Below are positions 27,021 to 35,756 of a stretch of 36,752 nucleotides of DNA, piece after piece. Positions within the stretch are counted from its first letter, which is position 1. Each line of letters begins with the position of its first letter. The translations under genes were made by a program, and so were the position numbers. The DNA comes from an uncultured Prevotella sp. (GTDB lineage Bacteria; Bacteroidota; Bacteroidia; Bacteroidales; Bacteroidaceae), in assembly GCA_900319895.1 (NCBI GenBank), contig ONQK01000052.1, positions 1 to 36,752 on the forward strand, written 5' to 3'. The notes below the pieces were generated by a model, which was not told the origin of the DNA, did no database searches, and saw only the letters and a list, made by a program, of their open reading frames with translations.

Positions 27021-27793
27021 AACAATTGATTGATATTAAAAACTGGTCCTTCCTTACACACACACAAATTGCCTGCCGTCGTCTTTTCAACACAACACAA
27101 ACAAGCTCCCACACCGCAGGCCATCATGTTTTCCAGCGACACCTCGCAATCCATCCCGCGTGCTTTTGCATAAGCTGCCACTGCCTTCATCATCGGCAGC
27201 GGGCCGCAGGTCTGAACACGAGAAAAATGCTCTTTCCCCAGCAGAGAATGCTGGGTGACAAAGCCCTTTTCACCTGCCGAGCCATCTTCTGTAGTGATGA
27301 AGACTTCGCCTACAGCCCGGAATTCATCGAGTTCGAGCAAGTCGGAGGCTGTGCGGCTCCCCAAAAGGAAAACCGGAGCGCCTCCACGGGCTTTTAACTC
27401 AGCACCTAAATATAAAAGAGGCGCTACGCCTACACCGCCGCCAATCAATAACACGCGCTGGCCGTCGGCCTTTTCAGGCAACGTAAATCCCCGTCCAAGC
27501 GGAAAGACACAATTGACAAGGGCACCTTCCGGTAAACGGGTCAAGCGACGGGTCCCTTCGCCTACTGCCGCCACCAACAGCCACAGTTCATTACGTTCTT
27601 TATCCACAAAATGGATGGAAATCGGGCGACGAAGATATGTCGAAGGCGAATTGTCAATACGCACTTCAACGAACTGGCCTGGCTGCATCTGAGGCAATGG
27701 CTCTGCGCTTGTCAGTCGAAGCAAGGCATAACGCTGGTCCAGCTGTTTGACGCCACACAAAGTCAAATCGGATACTTGTTTCTTAGCATTCAT
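27008..27793 (-). CDS. pyrK: Dihydroorotate dehydrogenase electron transfer subunit
   Basis: [34 protein letters not shown]...C [2Fe-2S]; start moved to 27793. Confidence 0.93.
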   Translation of the reverse strand: MNAKKQVSDLTLCGVKQLDQRYALLRLTSAEPLPQMQPGQFVEVRIDNSPSTYLRRPISIHFVDKERNELWLLVAAVGEGTRRLTRLPEGALVNCVFPLGRGFTLPEKADGQRVLLIGGGVGVAPLLYLGAELKARGGAPVFLLGSRTASDLLELDEFRAVGEVFITTEDGSAGEKGFVTQHSLLGKEHFSRVQTCGPLPMMKAVAAYAKARGMDCEVSLENMMACGVGACLCCVEKTTAGNLCVCKEGPVFNINQLLWQI

Positions 27794-27812
27794 TTTTTGT
27801 CGTTTTCTGCCA

Positions 27813-27820
27813 CAAAAGTA
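27813..27820 (-). promoter_or_regulatory. -7 element for pyrK-pyrD
   Basis: TACTTTTG on minus strand. Confidence 0.7.
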
Positions 27821-27912
27821 CGAAGAAATAGCGAAAAACAAGCAATCTTGCGTTGGGAAAATCACAAAAAAAGACACCAGAGTAGAAATCATCCGGTGTC
27901 TTCATGGAAAAC

Positions 27913-28086
27913 CTATTCAGCTGGCGCCCATTTGCAACGTACAGGTGAAACGATTGCACCGTCTTTTTTCAACTCGGCAAAAGCCTTGTCTACTTCTTTG
28001 CGATCTGCACCCAATGCCTTGGTCACATCACCTGCTGAAACCGGTTTTCCCGCTTCGCGCATTGCCTGTAATACTTTTTCTTTCAT
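27913..28086 (-). CDS. 57-aa winged-HTH-like small protein (absent from the ORF track)
   Basis: MKEKVLQAMREAGKPVSAGDVTKALGADRKEVDKAFAELKKDGAIVSPVRCKWAPAE; A-rich start context; own -7 box. Confidence 0.85.
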   Translation of the reverse strand: MKEKVLQAMREAGKPVSAGDVTKALGADRKEVDKAFAELKKDGAIVSPVRCKWAPAE

Positions 28087-28121
28087 ATTGTATTTATTTT
28101 AAATTTATAATTATTCAAATG

Positions 28122-28129
28122 CAAAATTA
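28122..28129 (-). promoter_or_regulatory. -7 element for small wHTH gene
   Basis: TAATTTTG(CA) on minus strand. Confidence 0.7.
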
Positions 28130-28208
28130 CACTTTTTTTTCGACAATCCCCCAAAACCAAGTGCTACTTTTTCTGCATTTAGCCAATAACATGCGTTTTT
28201 AGGGAAAC

Positions 28209-28241
28209 AAAAACCGCATGACTAATTTTCTAATCATGCGG
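28209..28241 (-). terminator. Terminator of arcA
   Basis: CCGCATGA...TCATGCGG then TTTTT on minus strand. Confidence 0.75.
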
Positions 28242-28271
28242 CCGTGTTGTATATGAAAGGTTTTTCACGCC

Positions 28272-29531
28272 TTATTCATCTCTGAGGATCGGCATCGTCA
28301 TGCAGCGCGCGCCGCCACCGGCACGTGGAAGTTCTGAGCCGGGGAATGCAGCCACGAACTTGTCGTAGCTCTTCATGTCAACCTTTCCGCTGACGATGTC
28401 CTCCGCCTTGAGCACTGCAAATCCAGCCTTGTCCAACGCATCGATGGTATGCGTATTGCGGCGATAGCCCACCACTTTTCCGTCGCCCAGCGCAAAAAAG
28501 TTCGATCCGCTGTGCCACTGCTCACGGAGCTGGTTCCACGGGTCGTTGCCTCCGCCGATTATAGGATCGATGTCCCAGCCCAGCTGGTGTAGGCCTTTCA
28601 CCATGTTGTCCACTTCACGATAGCTGATTTTTCCGTTATCGATGCTGATGAGCGTGGTGTGTTTACCCGCAAAAAGGCCGTTTTTCTTCAACATGGGCTC
28701 AAACGCCATGCATTCATGCTGTCCCAGGAACGTGAAAACCATGTCGAGATGGATGAAGGACTCGGGTTCAAGAGGCAATTCCTGCACAAGAATGTTGAAA
28801 TGTTTACGCTCCTTAGCAAAAGTTTGCGCCAAATACTCAATACCTTTCGCATTGGTGCGGATGCCTTGGCCAATGCACAGCAAGTCTTTCGAGGCAATCT
28901 GCACATCGCCGCCCTCGGTCCGCGCTTCGTGATCCCAGCTCATCGCATTGAAGGTATCGACCTTGAAGAAGTGGCGGAAAATGGCATCGTAGATCAGGTT
29001 CTCACGCTTGCGGACATCAAAACTCATGGAATTGACCAACACGCGGTCGTAAACCGTTGAAGACGCATCGCGCGTAAAAAAGAGATTGTACAGCGGCTTC
29101 AATAGATACCGGTTCTCAGACACACGGTCCCAAACCGGATTTTCAAAACCTTCTATCAATGCCTTCGCCAATTCCACATGGTCCAAATCAAGCAATTGCT
29201 GCATGAGGACGGAGGCCTGGGGCGTATCATAGCCCTCTAGCAACAAGCTGTCGCTGACCAACTGCATCTTGATACCCGTGTCGTGAAGCAGCTCTTCAAG
29301 AATCTCCTCCACATAATAAGTATCAGCCCAACGCTCCAATACACCGCAGAAGTTGGCGTATTCACCGTCTACGATGGGTTTGTTCAATATATCACTGTAA
29401 AGGGCGTGCGCTGCGTTGAGTGGCGTCATGCGCTCTATTTCAACACCTGGACGATGAAGCAATACCGCACGCAGACGGCCTGTTTCTGAAGTGACATTGA
29501 CTTTACACATCTTTTTATTTCCGATACCCAT
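28272..29531 (-). CDS. arcA: Arginine deiminase
   Basis: SETGRLRAVLLHRPG.E, FTRD, EGGD, HLD, SELPRAGGGARCMT; start may be 29510. Confidence 0.92.
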   Translation of the reverse strand: MGIGNKKMCKVNVTSETGRLRAVLLHRPGVEIERMTPLNAAHALYSDILNKPIVDGEYANFCGVLERWADTYYVEEILEELLHDTGIKMQLVSDSLLLEGYDTPQASVLMQQLLDLDHVELAKALIEGFENPVWDRVSENRYLLKPLYNLFFTRDASSTVYDRVLVNSMSFDVRKRENLIYDAIFRHFFKVDTFNAMSWDHEARTEGGDVQIASKDLLCIGQGIRTNAKGIEYLAQTFAKERKHFNILVQELPLEPESFIHLDMVFTFLGQHECMAFEPMLKKNGLFAGKHTTLISIDNGKISYREVDNMVKGLHQLGWDIDPIIGGGNDPWNQLREQWHSGSNFFALGDGKVVGYRRNTHTIDALDKAGFAVLKAEDIVSGKVDMKSYDKFVAAFPGSELPRAGGGARCMTMPILRDE

Positions 29532-29710
29532 AATTATATATTTTTTTATTTTGTTTCAACAATGCTCATTTTCACAATCTACCATTTTCATCTGATAATT
29601 ATGATTTATTCTGCAATTGGCTACTGCTTGTTTTGCACTTACAAAAAAATTGTCCAATCCTGTTTTATTCAAAAAACATCAAATTGACCGTCCTTTACAG
29701 AATCTGACTG

Positions 29711-29718
29711 CAAAGATA
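29711..29718 (-). promoter_or_regulatory. -7 element for arcA (about 175-nt leader)
   Basis: TATCTTTG(CA) on minus strand. Confidence 0.65.
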
Positions 29719-29818
29719 TAAAACTCCTTGCATAAAAAAAAGAAATTTATTCATTTTTTTCTTTAAAAAAACTTAATTTATACAATTTACCTTCGCCCTC
29801 TTCCCTTTCATCAGGCAT

Positions 29819-29862
29819 AAAAAGAAGGAATAAATGCGTTTTCACAAACGATTTATCCCTTC
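29819..29862 (-). terminator. Terminator of HU-like gene
   Basis: GAAGGGATAAAT-CGTTT-GTGA-AAACG-C-ATTTATTCCTTC then TTTTT. Confidence 0.8.
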
Positions 29863-29887
29863 GAAAAAAGAAAATAGATTTTTAAAA

Positions 29888-30313
29888 TCAAGTATTTTTT
29901 TCTGTCAAACAAACCTCTTCATACTCCAAATTGGCAGCCACGATGCGCTCGGGCTTGCCATGCCTGCCCTCACGCCGGGTGGCAGGTTGAAAAACAATGC
30001 GTGTACCGACGATGTGACGGTCGGTGGAGAAATCCTCGCGACGTGCCGCCGGACGCGAAGAAATGCTGACCTTAAACGTTCCCAAGCCATCTATCCGCAG
30101 GCGGTGGCCTTGGCTCAGCAGTTCGTCCATAACAGTGGGGAGTGCCGTCAGGACTGCCAACACGTCCGATTTCTTTACATGAGTCTTAGACTGAATGAGC
30201 CCGGCAATGTCGTGCAGCGAACGAGTGGAATTTTGAATGACACGAGCATACCACTTTCCCTTGTTAAGAAAATGTTCGCGATTGTTTTGATATAGATAAT
30301 AAAAGATGGGCAT
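29888..30313 (-). CDS. Bacteroidetes HU-related DNA-binding protein
   Basis: Y.LYQN...GKWYAR, SDVLAVL, G.RLRIDGLGTF.VSISS, IVFQP. Confidence 0.88.
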   Translation of the reverse strand: MPIFYYLYQNNREHFLNKGKWYARVIQNSTRSLHDIAGLIQSKTHVKKSDVLAVLTALPTVMDELLSQGHRLRIDGLGTFKVSISSRPAARREDFSTDRHIVGTRIVFQPATRREGRHGKPERIVAANLEYEEVCLTEKNT

Positions 30314-30548
30314 AAATTCTGTGTTTTTGATTCGTTCCCGCTTCCAGCCTCCTCACAAGAAAAGGCCAGAAGCGGATTTTGGTTAATATTTTTTTATACT
30401 TGCTCTCAATTGCGCATCGGGCGCAGGCACCTTTCTCGATTTTCCGTTGGCTAAGCCAGCATCAAAGCTTCTACTGATGCGCCCTTGTCGTTTAACTTGC
30501 TGTACACAGGGCTTTCCGGGATTCCTTGTTGACTCCCAGGAATCCTTT

Positions 30549-30974
30549 TCACTCCATTTTCGGCTTTCCCTGCGTCACAATTCCAGCCGTGGCTTTCAGC
30601 GAAAAACTCGTTTTTGCATTCGACAACAGCAACACACCGTTCTCCAAAGCATAGTTATAGGATTCGTCCAGCATCACCACGCCCGTCGCGCCATCCCCCG
30701 GTGTCACCGAGCTCGCGCCCTCAGCCATGGTATACCACTTTTCGTCGGTTTTCGACAGATAATATATCCGGTAGACATTGGGCTCGCTCAAGTCCAGCAC
30801 TACGGCTCCACAGCCCTCGGCCGCCTCGGGATTGTCGCAGAAGAATTTTGCCAAGTCGGTCACTTCCCATTGCCTGTTGATGGAGTTCTCATCATTACCC
30901 ATTGCCATTACATGGATTGAAAACATTGCCAGCACTACCAGCAAAATGCTTTTTAAATTCATTCGTTTTGTCAT
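30549..30974 (-). CDS. Hypothetical secreted protein
   Basis: Signal peptide (MNLKSILLVVLAMFSIHVMA), A-rich start context, own -7 box. Confidence 0.75.
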   Translation of the reverse strand: MTKRMNLKSILLVVLAMFSIHVMAMGNDENSINRQWEVTDLAKFFCDNPEAAEGCGAVVLDLSEPNVYRIYYLSKTDEKWYTMAEGASSVTPGDGATGVVMLDESYNYALENGVLLLSNAKTSFSLKATAGIVTQGKPKME

Positions 30975-31056
30975 AGTTTTGTTGTTTTAATTGATTAATA
31001 ATTTGTATGATGGAAAAACGCCGCGTGCGAAAGGGAGCAGCAACGTCCTTTGCTTG

Positions 31057-31064
31057 CAAATATA
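31057..31064 (-). promoter_or_regulatory. -7 element for secreted protein/HU unit
   Basis: TATATTTG(CA) on minus strand. Confidence 0.65.
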
Positions 31065-31104
31065 GGATTTTACGAAGACAACGAACAATTTCACGTTATT
31101 TTTT

Positions 31105-31216
31105 CCGACTATTTAACGTTGTCCATCTGGATTCAATATGAATGTTTACACTTCTTTACACAATTGTGCGACAAAAACATTTTTTTCAGCGACTAGTGTG
31201 ACGTTTTATCCGACTA
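31105..31216. promoter_or_regulatory. Array of SCGACWA direct repeats in 21-bp register (putative transcription factor sites)
   Basis: CGACWA at 31106, 31169, 31190, 31211 (spacings 63, 21, 21). Confidence 0.55.
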
Positions 31217-31248
31217 AATAAGGTAGAAAACCAAGAGGGAATGCCGGG

Positions 31249-31287
31249 AAAATTAATCCCCAGGCGTTAGACAAAACGCCTGGGGAT
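31249..31287 (-). terminator. Terminator of pruA
   Basis: ATCCCCAGGCGTT...AACGCCTGGGGAT, 13-bp inverted repeat, then TAATTTT on minus strand. Confidence 0.8.
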
Positions 31288-31323
31288 CAGTTCATTCATC
31301 AATACAATTCTTTTCACCTCTAC

Positions 31324-31355
31324 CGCCGAAGAAGTGTCGCCGAAGAGGTGTCGCC
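31324..31355. repeat. 14-bp tandem repeat (about 2.3 copies)
   Basis: CGCCGAAGAAGTGT CGCCGAAGAGGTGT CGCC. Confidence 0.8.
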
Positions 31356-31395
31356 TTGTATTGTCCTCATCGTGCTTTCAGCTCTGAGAAGCACT

Positions 31396-33021
31396 TTACT
31401 TCAAATAAGCATAGCGATAGTCTGTCGGGGAGACCAACGTCTCCTTAATGGCACGAGGAATCATCCATCGGATAAGATTGAACTCGCCGCCCGCCTTGTC
31501 GTTCGTACCGCTGGCACGCGCGCCGCCAAAAGGCTGCATACCCACGACGGCACCCGTCGGCTTGTCGTTGATGTAGAAGTTGCCTGCCGCATAACGAAGT
31601 TGGTCGGCAAGTTTTTCCACAGCCAAACGGTCGCGTCCGAAGACGGCTCCCGTCAGTCCATAGGGCGAGGTCTCGTCACAAAGTTTCACCGTCTCTTCCA
31701 ACTTGTCGTCATCGTAAGGATAGACCGTGAGAATGGGGCCAAAAATTTCTTCTTCCATTGATTTGAAGAGCGGGTTGGTCGTTTCTATCACCGTCGGCTC
31801 CACAAACCAGCCTTTTGAACCGTCGCACTTGCCGCCCAGCACGACTTTCGCGTCAGCGGCCACCTCGGCATAGTCGATGTAAGACTTGCATTTCTCGAAT
31901 GAGGCTTTGTCAATCACTGCGTTGATGAAGTTGTTGGCATCTTTCACGTCACCCATTTTCACTTCGCCTGCCATACGCTTGATATCCTCCAAGACATCGT
32001 TCCAAAGGCTCTTTGGGATATACATTCGCGAGGCCGCCGAACATTTTTGGCCTTGATACTCGAAAGCACCGCAGAAGGCCGCTGTAGCCACGGCTTTCTT
32101 GTCGGCAGAAGGATGCACGAAGATGAAGTCCTTGCCGCCCGTCTCGCCGACAAGACGAGGATAAGAGATGTATCTGCCCAGATTCTGGCCGGCCTGGCGC
32201 CACAAGGAGTTGAACGTGTCGGTTGAGCCGGTAAAGTGGATGCCGGAGAAGTATTTTGACTCCGTTGCCACCTCGCCGATGAGTGCGCCGCTGCCGGGCA
32301 GGAAGTTGATGACACCGTCGGGCAAGCCCGCCTCTTTGTAGAGCTGCATCAAATAATAATTGCTCAACAAGGCTGTGGTCGAAGGCTTCCAAAGCGCCAC
32401 ATTGCCCATCAAGACAGGCGTCATGCACAAGTTTGATGCGATGGAAGTGAAGTTGAATGGTGTAACGGCCAGGATAAAGCCTTCCAGCGGGCGGTATTCC
32501 ATGTGGTTGATGTGTCCAACGCCGTCCTTGGGCTGCATGGCATAAATTTTTGAGGCATAATGTACGTTGTAGCGGAAGAAGTCGATGGTTTCGCAAGCCG
32601 AGTCAATCTCCGCCTGGTAAATGTTTTTGCTCTGCCCGAGCATCGTGGCCGCATTGAGGATGGGGCGATACTTCGTTGCCAAGAGCTCCGCCATTTTCAT
32701 CACCACGGCGGCACGCGTCGTCCACGGCGCGCGGCTCCATTCCTTCCAAGCCTCCATGGCAGCTGCAATGGCCATTTCAACCTCTTTCTTCCCCACTTTA
32801 TGATAAGTTGCCAGCACATGCTGGTGGTCATGGGGGCAGGTCACCTGGTCCACATTGCCGGTGCGTATTTCCTTGCCCCCGATAATACAAGGGATGTCCA
32901 CCACGGTGTTGCTCTGGCGTTCCAATTCTTTTTCAAGTTCGATGCGCTCCGGAGAGCCTGCCAGATAAGCCTTTACCGGCTCATTTGCCGGTACAGGAAA
33001 GGTAATAACTGAATTTCTCAT
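31396..33021 (-). CDS. pruA: L-glutamate gamma-semialdehyde (P5C) dehydrogenase
   Basis: NEPV, EIDSACE, PFNFT, FTGST, GETGGKDF, FEYQGQKCSA, EEIFGP, QPFGG.R.SGTNDKAG. Confidence 0.95.
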   Translation of the reverse strand: MRNSVITFPVPANEPVKAYLAGSPERIELEKELERQSNTVVDIPCIIGGKEIRTGNVDQVTCPHDHQHVLATYHKVGKKEVEMAIAAAMEAWKEWSRAPWTTRAAVVMKMAELLATKYRPILNAATMLGQSKNIYQAEIDSACETIDFFRYNVHYASKIYAMQPKDGVGHINHMEYRPLEGFILAVTPFNFTSIASNLCMTPVLMGNVALWKPSTTALLSNYYLMQLYKEAGLPDGVINFLPGSGALIGEVATESKYFSGIHFTGSTDTFNSLWRQAGQNLGRYISYPRLVGETGGKDFIFVHPSADKKAVATAAFCGAFEYQGQKCSAASRMYIPKSLWNDVLEDIKRMAGEVKMGDVKDANNFINAVIDKASFEKCKSYIDYAEVAADAKVVLGGKCDGSKGWFVEPTVIETTNPLFKSMEEEIFGPILTVYPYDDDKLEETVKLCDETSPYGLTGAVFGRDRLAVEKLADQLRYAAGNFYINDKPTGAVVGMQPFGGARASGTNDKAGGEFNLIRWMIPRAIKETLVSPTDYRYAYLK

Positions 33022-33065
33022 AAAAAATGTTAGTTCTGATAATTGAAATTTGTATTTGATTTATG

Positions 33066-33073
33066 CAAATATA
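33066..33073 (-). promoter_or_regulatory. -7 element for pruA
   Basis: TATATTTG(CA) on minus strand. Confidence 0.7.
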
Positions 33074-33168
33074 TAAAAAAAATAAGAACCGACAGCACAT
33101 CGCAAGTTTTTTTTCACATTTTAATCATTTTTTACCCACTTCATGATTGAAGCTAAAGAAAATTTCAC

Positions 33169-33176
33169 TACCTTTG
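33169..33176 (+). promoter_or_regulatory. -7 element for pyrB-pyrI-OTC-arcC
   Basis: TACCTTTG(CAC), 30 nt before the ATG at 33206. Confidence 0.75.
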
Positions 33177-33205
33177 CACCCAATCATTATATTAAAGCAC
33201 AAAGT

Positions 33206-34114
33206 ATGCAGAACCGTAATTTGATTTCCATCTCTGACTTAAGTAAAGAAGAGATTCTGGCGCTGCTCGATCGCGCCCAGGAGTTTGAAAAGAATCCCAA
33301 CCAAAACATATTGGAGGGGAAAGTGGTAGGTTCGCTGTTCTTTGAACCATCAACACGCACACGCCTCAGCTTTGAAACAGCTGTTAACCGGCTGGGCGGC
33401 CGTGTAATTGGCTTTAGTGATGCAAGTACAAGCAGCCAGTCGAAAGGTGAAACACTGAAAGACACAATTATGATGGTAGCAAACTACGCCGACCTCATTG
33501 TAATGAGACACCCGCTGGAAGGAGCAGCACGCTATGCCAGCGAAGTTTCAAGAGTACCCATCATCAATGCCGGAGATGGCAGCAATCAGCATCCCACACA
33601 AACGATGCTTGACTTGTACACCATCTACCAGACACAGGGGACGCTCGAGAACTTGACCATTACGATGGTAGGCGACTTGAAATACGGCCGAACGGTTCAC
33701 TCGCTGCTCGAAGCGATGCACTTCTTCAAGCCCCGGTTCAAGTTCGTCGCATGCGACGAGTTGCGCATGCCTGGGCAGTACAAGAAATATTGCGAGAAGC
33801 TAGGCATTGAATACGAGGAGACAAGGGAGTTCAACGAGGAAATCATCAACCAGACCGACATCCTATACATGACACGCGTACAAAGAGAGCGTTTCAGCGA
33901 CCTCATGGAATATGAACGCGTGAAAAACGTATATACCCTAACAGCCAGCATGCTCAAAGGCTGCAAACCCAACCTGCGCGTGCTCCATCCGCTGCCACGC
34001 GTCACCGAGATTGCCCAAGACGTTGACGACACGCCACAGGCATACTACTTTGAACAGGCACTCAATGGCCTTTACACACGAGAAGCCATCATCTGCCGAG
34101 CATTAGGAATCTAA
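33206..34114 (+). CDS. pyrB: Aspartate carbamoyltransferase catalytic subunit
   Basis: [46 protein letters not shown]; start moved to 33206. Confidence 0.96.
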   Translation: MQNRNLISISDLSKEEILALLDRAQEFEKNPNQNILEGKVVGSLFFEPSTRTRLSFETAVNRLGGRVIGFSDASTSSQSKGETLKDTIMMVANYADLIVMRHPLEGAARYASEVSRVPIINAGDGSNQHPTQTMLDLYTIYQTQGTLENLTITMVGDLKYGRTVHSLLEAMHFFKPRFKFVACDELRMPGQYKKYCEKLGIEYEETREFNEEIINQTDILYMTRVQRERFSDLMEYERVKNVYTLTASMLKGCKPNLRVLHPLPRVTEIAQDVDDTPQAYYFEQALNGLYTREAIICRALGI

Positions 34115-34139
34115 CACAAACCGTCAATTCAAAACAATT

Positions 34140-34604
34140 ATGAGCAGTCAGACAAAAAAAGAAATGGCCGTAGCCGCTTTGCGCGATGGCATTGTAATAG
34201 ACCACATCCCATGCCATTCACTATTCAAGGTGGTGAACCTGCTGGGGATTGAAAAGATGGAAAACAACGTCACCATCGGCAACAACTTCGACAGCGGAAG
34301 CATGGGCAAGAAAGGATTCATCAAAATCGCCGACGTGGAACTGCCCGAAGAGACACTCAACCGCATCGCCGTCATTGCACCGCATGCAGTCATCAACATC
34401 ATACGCGACTACAAGGTCGTGACAAAACACCCGGTGGAGCTGCCCGAGGACATCATCGACATCGTAAGGTGCAACAACCCCAAATGCATCAGCAACAACG
34501 AGCCGATGCGTACACATTTCCACGTCATGGACAACGAGCAAATCACGCTGAGATGCCACCACTGCGAGCGAATCGTAGCACAAGAAGCCATAACATTGAA
34601 ATGA
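34140..34604 (+). CDS. pyrI: Aspartate carbamoyltransferase regulatory subunit
   Basis: GIVIDHI, KGFIKI, zinc ligands CNNPKC...CHHCE. Confidence 0.95.
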   Translation: MSSQTKKEMAVAALRDGIVIDHIPCHSLFKVVNLLGIEKMENNVTIGNNFDSGSMGKKGFIKIADVELPEETLNRIAVIAPHAVINIIRDYKVVTKHPVELPEDIIDIVRCNNPKCISNNEPMRTHFHVMDNEQITLRCHHCERIVAQEAITLK

Positions 34605-34655
34605 TAAAAGCAACGAATCTTACAATTTTTATTTAAGTATAAAACAAATTTTATT

Positions 34656-35648
34656 ATGCCAAAAAGTTTATCAGGTAGAAGTTTCTTGAAATTGTTGGAC
34701 TTCACCACAGAAGAAATTCAGTATTTATTGGAACTTTCAAAAGATTTCAAAAATCTTAAACGCACCAACACACCGCACAAATACCTCCAAGGTAAAAACA
34801 TCGTGTTGCTGTTCGAAAAAACCTCAACCCGCACACGCTGCTCCTTTGAAGTAGCTGGAAACGACCTCGGCATGGGTGTTACTTACCTCGATCCGGGTTC
34901 TTCACAAATGGGCAAGAAAGAGTCGCTAGAAGACACCGCCAAGGTGCTCGGACGCATGTACGACGGTATCGAATACCGTGGCTTCGACCAGCAAATCGTA
35001 GAAGACCTCGCTAAATACGCAGGAGTGCCCGTTTGGAACGGTCTGACAACAGATTTCCACCCGACACAAATGTTGGCTGACGTATTGACAATCCAAGAGA
35101 ACTTTGGCTACTACAAAGGCCTGACAATGGTGTTCATGGGTGATGCCCGCAACAACGTGGCAAACTCACTCATGGTGGTTTCTGCCAAACTCGGTATCAA
35201 CTTCGTAGCTTGCGGCCCAAAAGAAAACATGCCTGAAGAACAACTCGTTGCCACCTGCCGTGAAATTGCCAAAGAAAACGGTTGTACCATCACACTGACA
35301 GACAATGTAAAAGAAGGTACGAAAAACGCTGACGTGATTTACACCGACATCTGGGTGTCAATGGGCGAAGCACCAGAATTGTGGGCAGAGCGCATCAAGA
35401 ACCTGAGCCCATATCAGGTAAATGAAGAAGTAATGGCCAATGCCAACCCCAATGCCATCTTCCTGCACTGCCTGCCTTCATTCCATGACCTCGAAACAAC
35501 TGTTGGAAAAGAAATCTACGAGAAATTCGGCTTGAAGGAAATGGAAGTAACCGACAAGGTGTTCCGCAGCAAGCAGTCTAAAGTCTTCGATGAAGCAGAA
35601 AACCGTATGCACACCATCAAGGCTGTGATGTACGCAACATTGAAGTAA
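34656..35648 (+). CDS. argF: Ornithine carbamoyltransferase (probably catabolic, ArcB role)
   Basis: [43 protein letters not shown]. Confidence 0.95.
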   Translation: MPKSLSGRSFLKLLDFTTEEIQYLLELSKDFKNLKRTNTPHKYLQGKNIVLLFEKTSTRTRCSFEVAGNDLGMGVTYLDPGSSQMGKKESLEDTAKVLGRMYDGIEYRGFDQQIVEDLAKYAGVPVWNGLTTDFHPTQMLADVLTIQENFGYYKGLTMVFMGDARNNVANSLMVVSAKLGINFVACGPKENMPEEQLVATCREIAKENGCTITLTDNVKEGTKNADVIYTDIWVSMGEAPELWAERIKNLSPYQVNEEVMANANPNAIFLHCLPSFHDLETTVGKEIYEKFGLKEMEVTDKVFRSKQSKVFDEAENRMHTIKAVMYATLK

Positions 35649-35674
35649 TATACAATTCGCGAATTAAGTTTTTG

Positions 35675-35716
35675 GGCTCCCCCTCTAACAATTTTAGAGG
35701 GGGAGTTCGATTTTTC
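35675..35716 (+). terminator. Strong intercistronic hairpin (partial terminator or mRNA stabiliser)
   Basis: CTCCCCCTCTAA-CAATT-TTAGAGGGGGAG followed by interrupted T-tract TTCGATTTTT. Confidence 0.55.
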
Positions 35717-35756
35717 GTTTTCATTTATAAAATAAGAAACAAATTATTAAAAAGTT

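Noticed and set aside
29725-29760. Possible ArgR box upstream of arcA (TGCATAAA...TTATTCA)
   Set aside because: Half-sites are not at dyad spacing and the region is very AT-rich
31324-31355. Repeat as a CRISPR remnant
   Set aside because: Only about 2.3 adjacent 14-bp units, no spacers and no cas genes
33143-33205. N-terminal extension of PyrB, and similar extensions of PyrK, SlyD and the TPR ORF
   Set aside because: The extensions overlap the predicted -7 promoter boxes or the upstream gene; downstream ATGs fit family N-termini
33022-33205. PyrR-type or pyrL-type attenuator before pyrB
   Set aside because: The leader is only about 25 nt, with no hairpin or leader peptide
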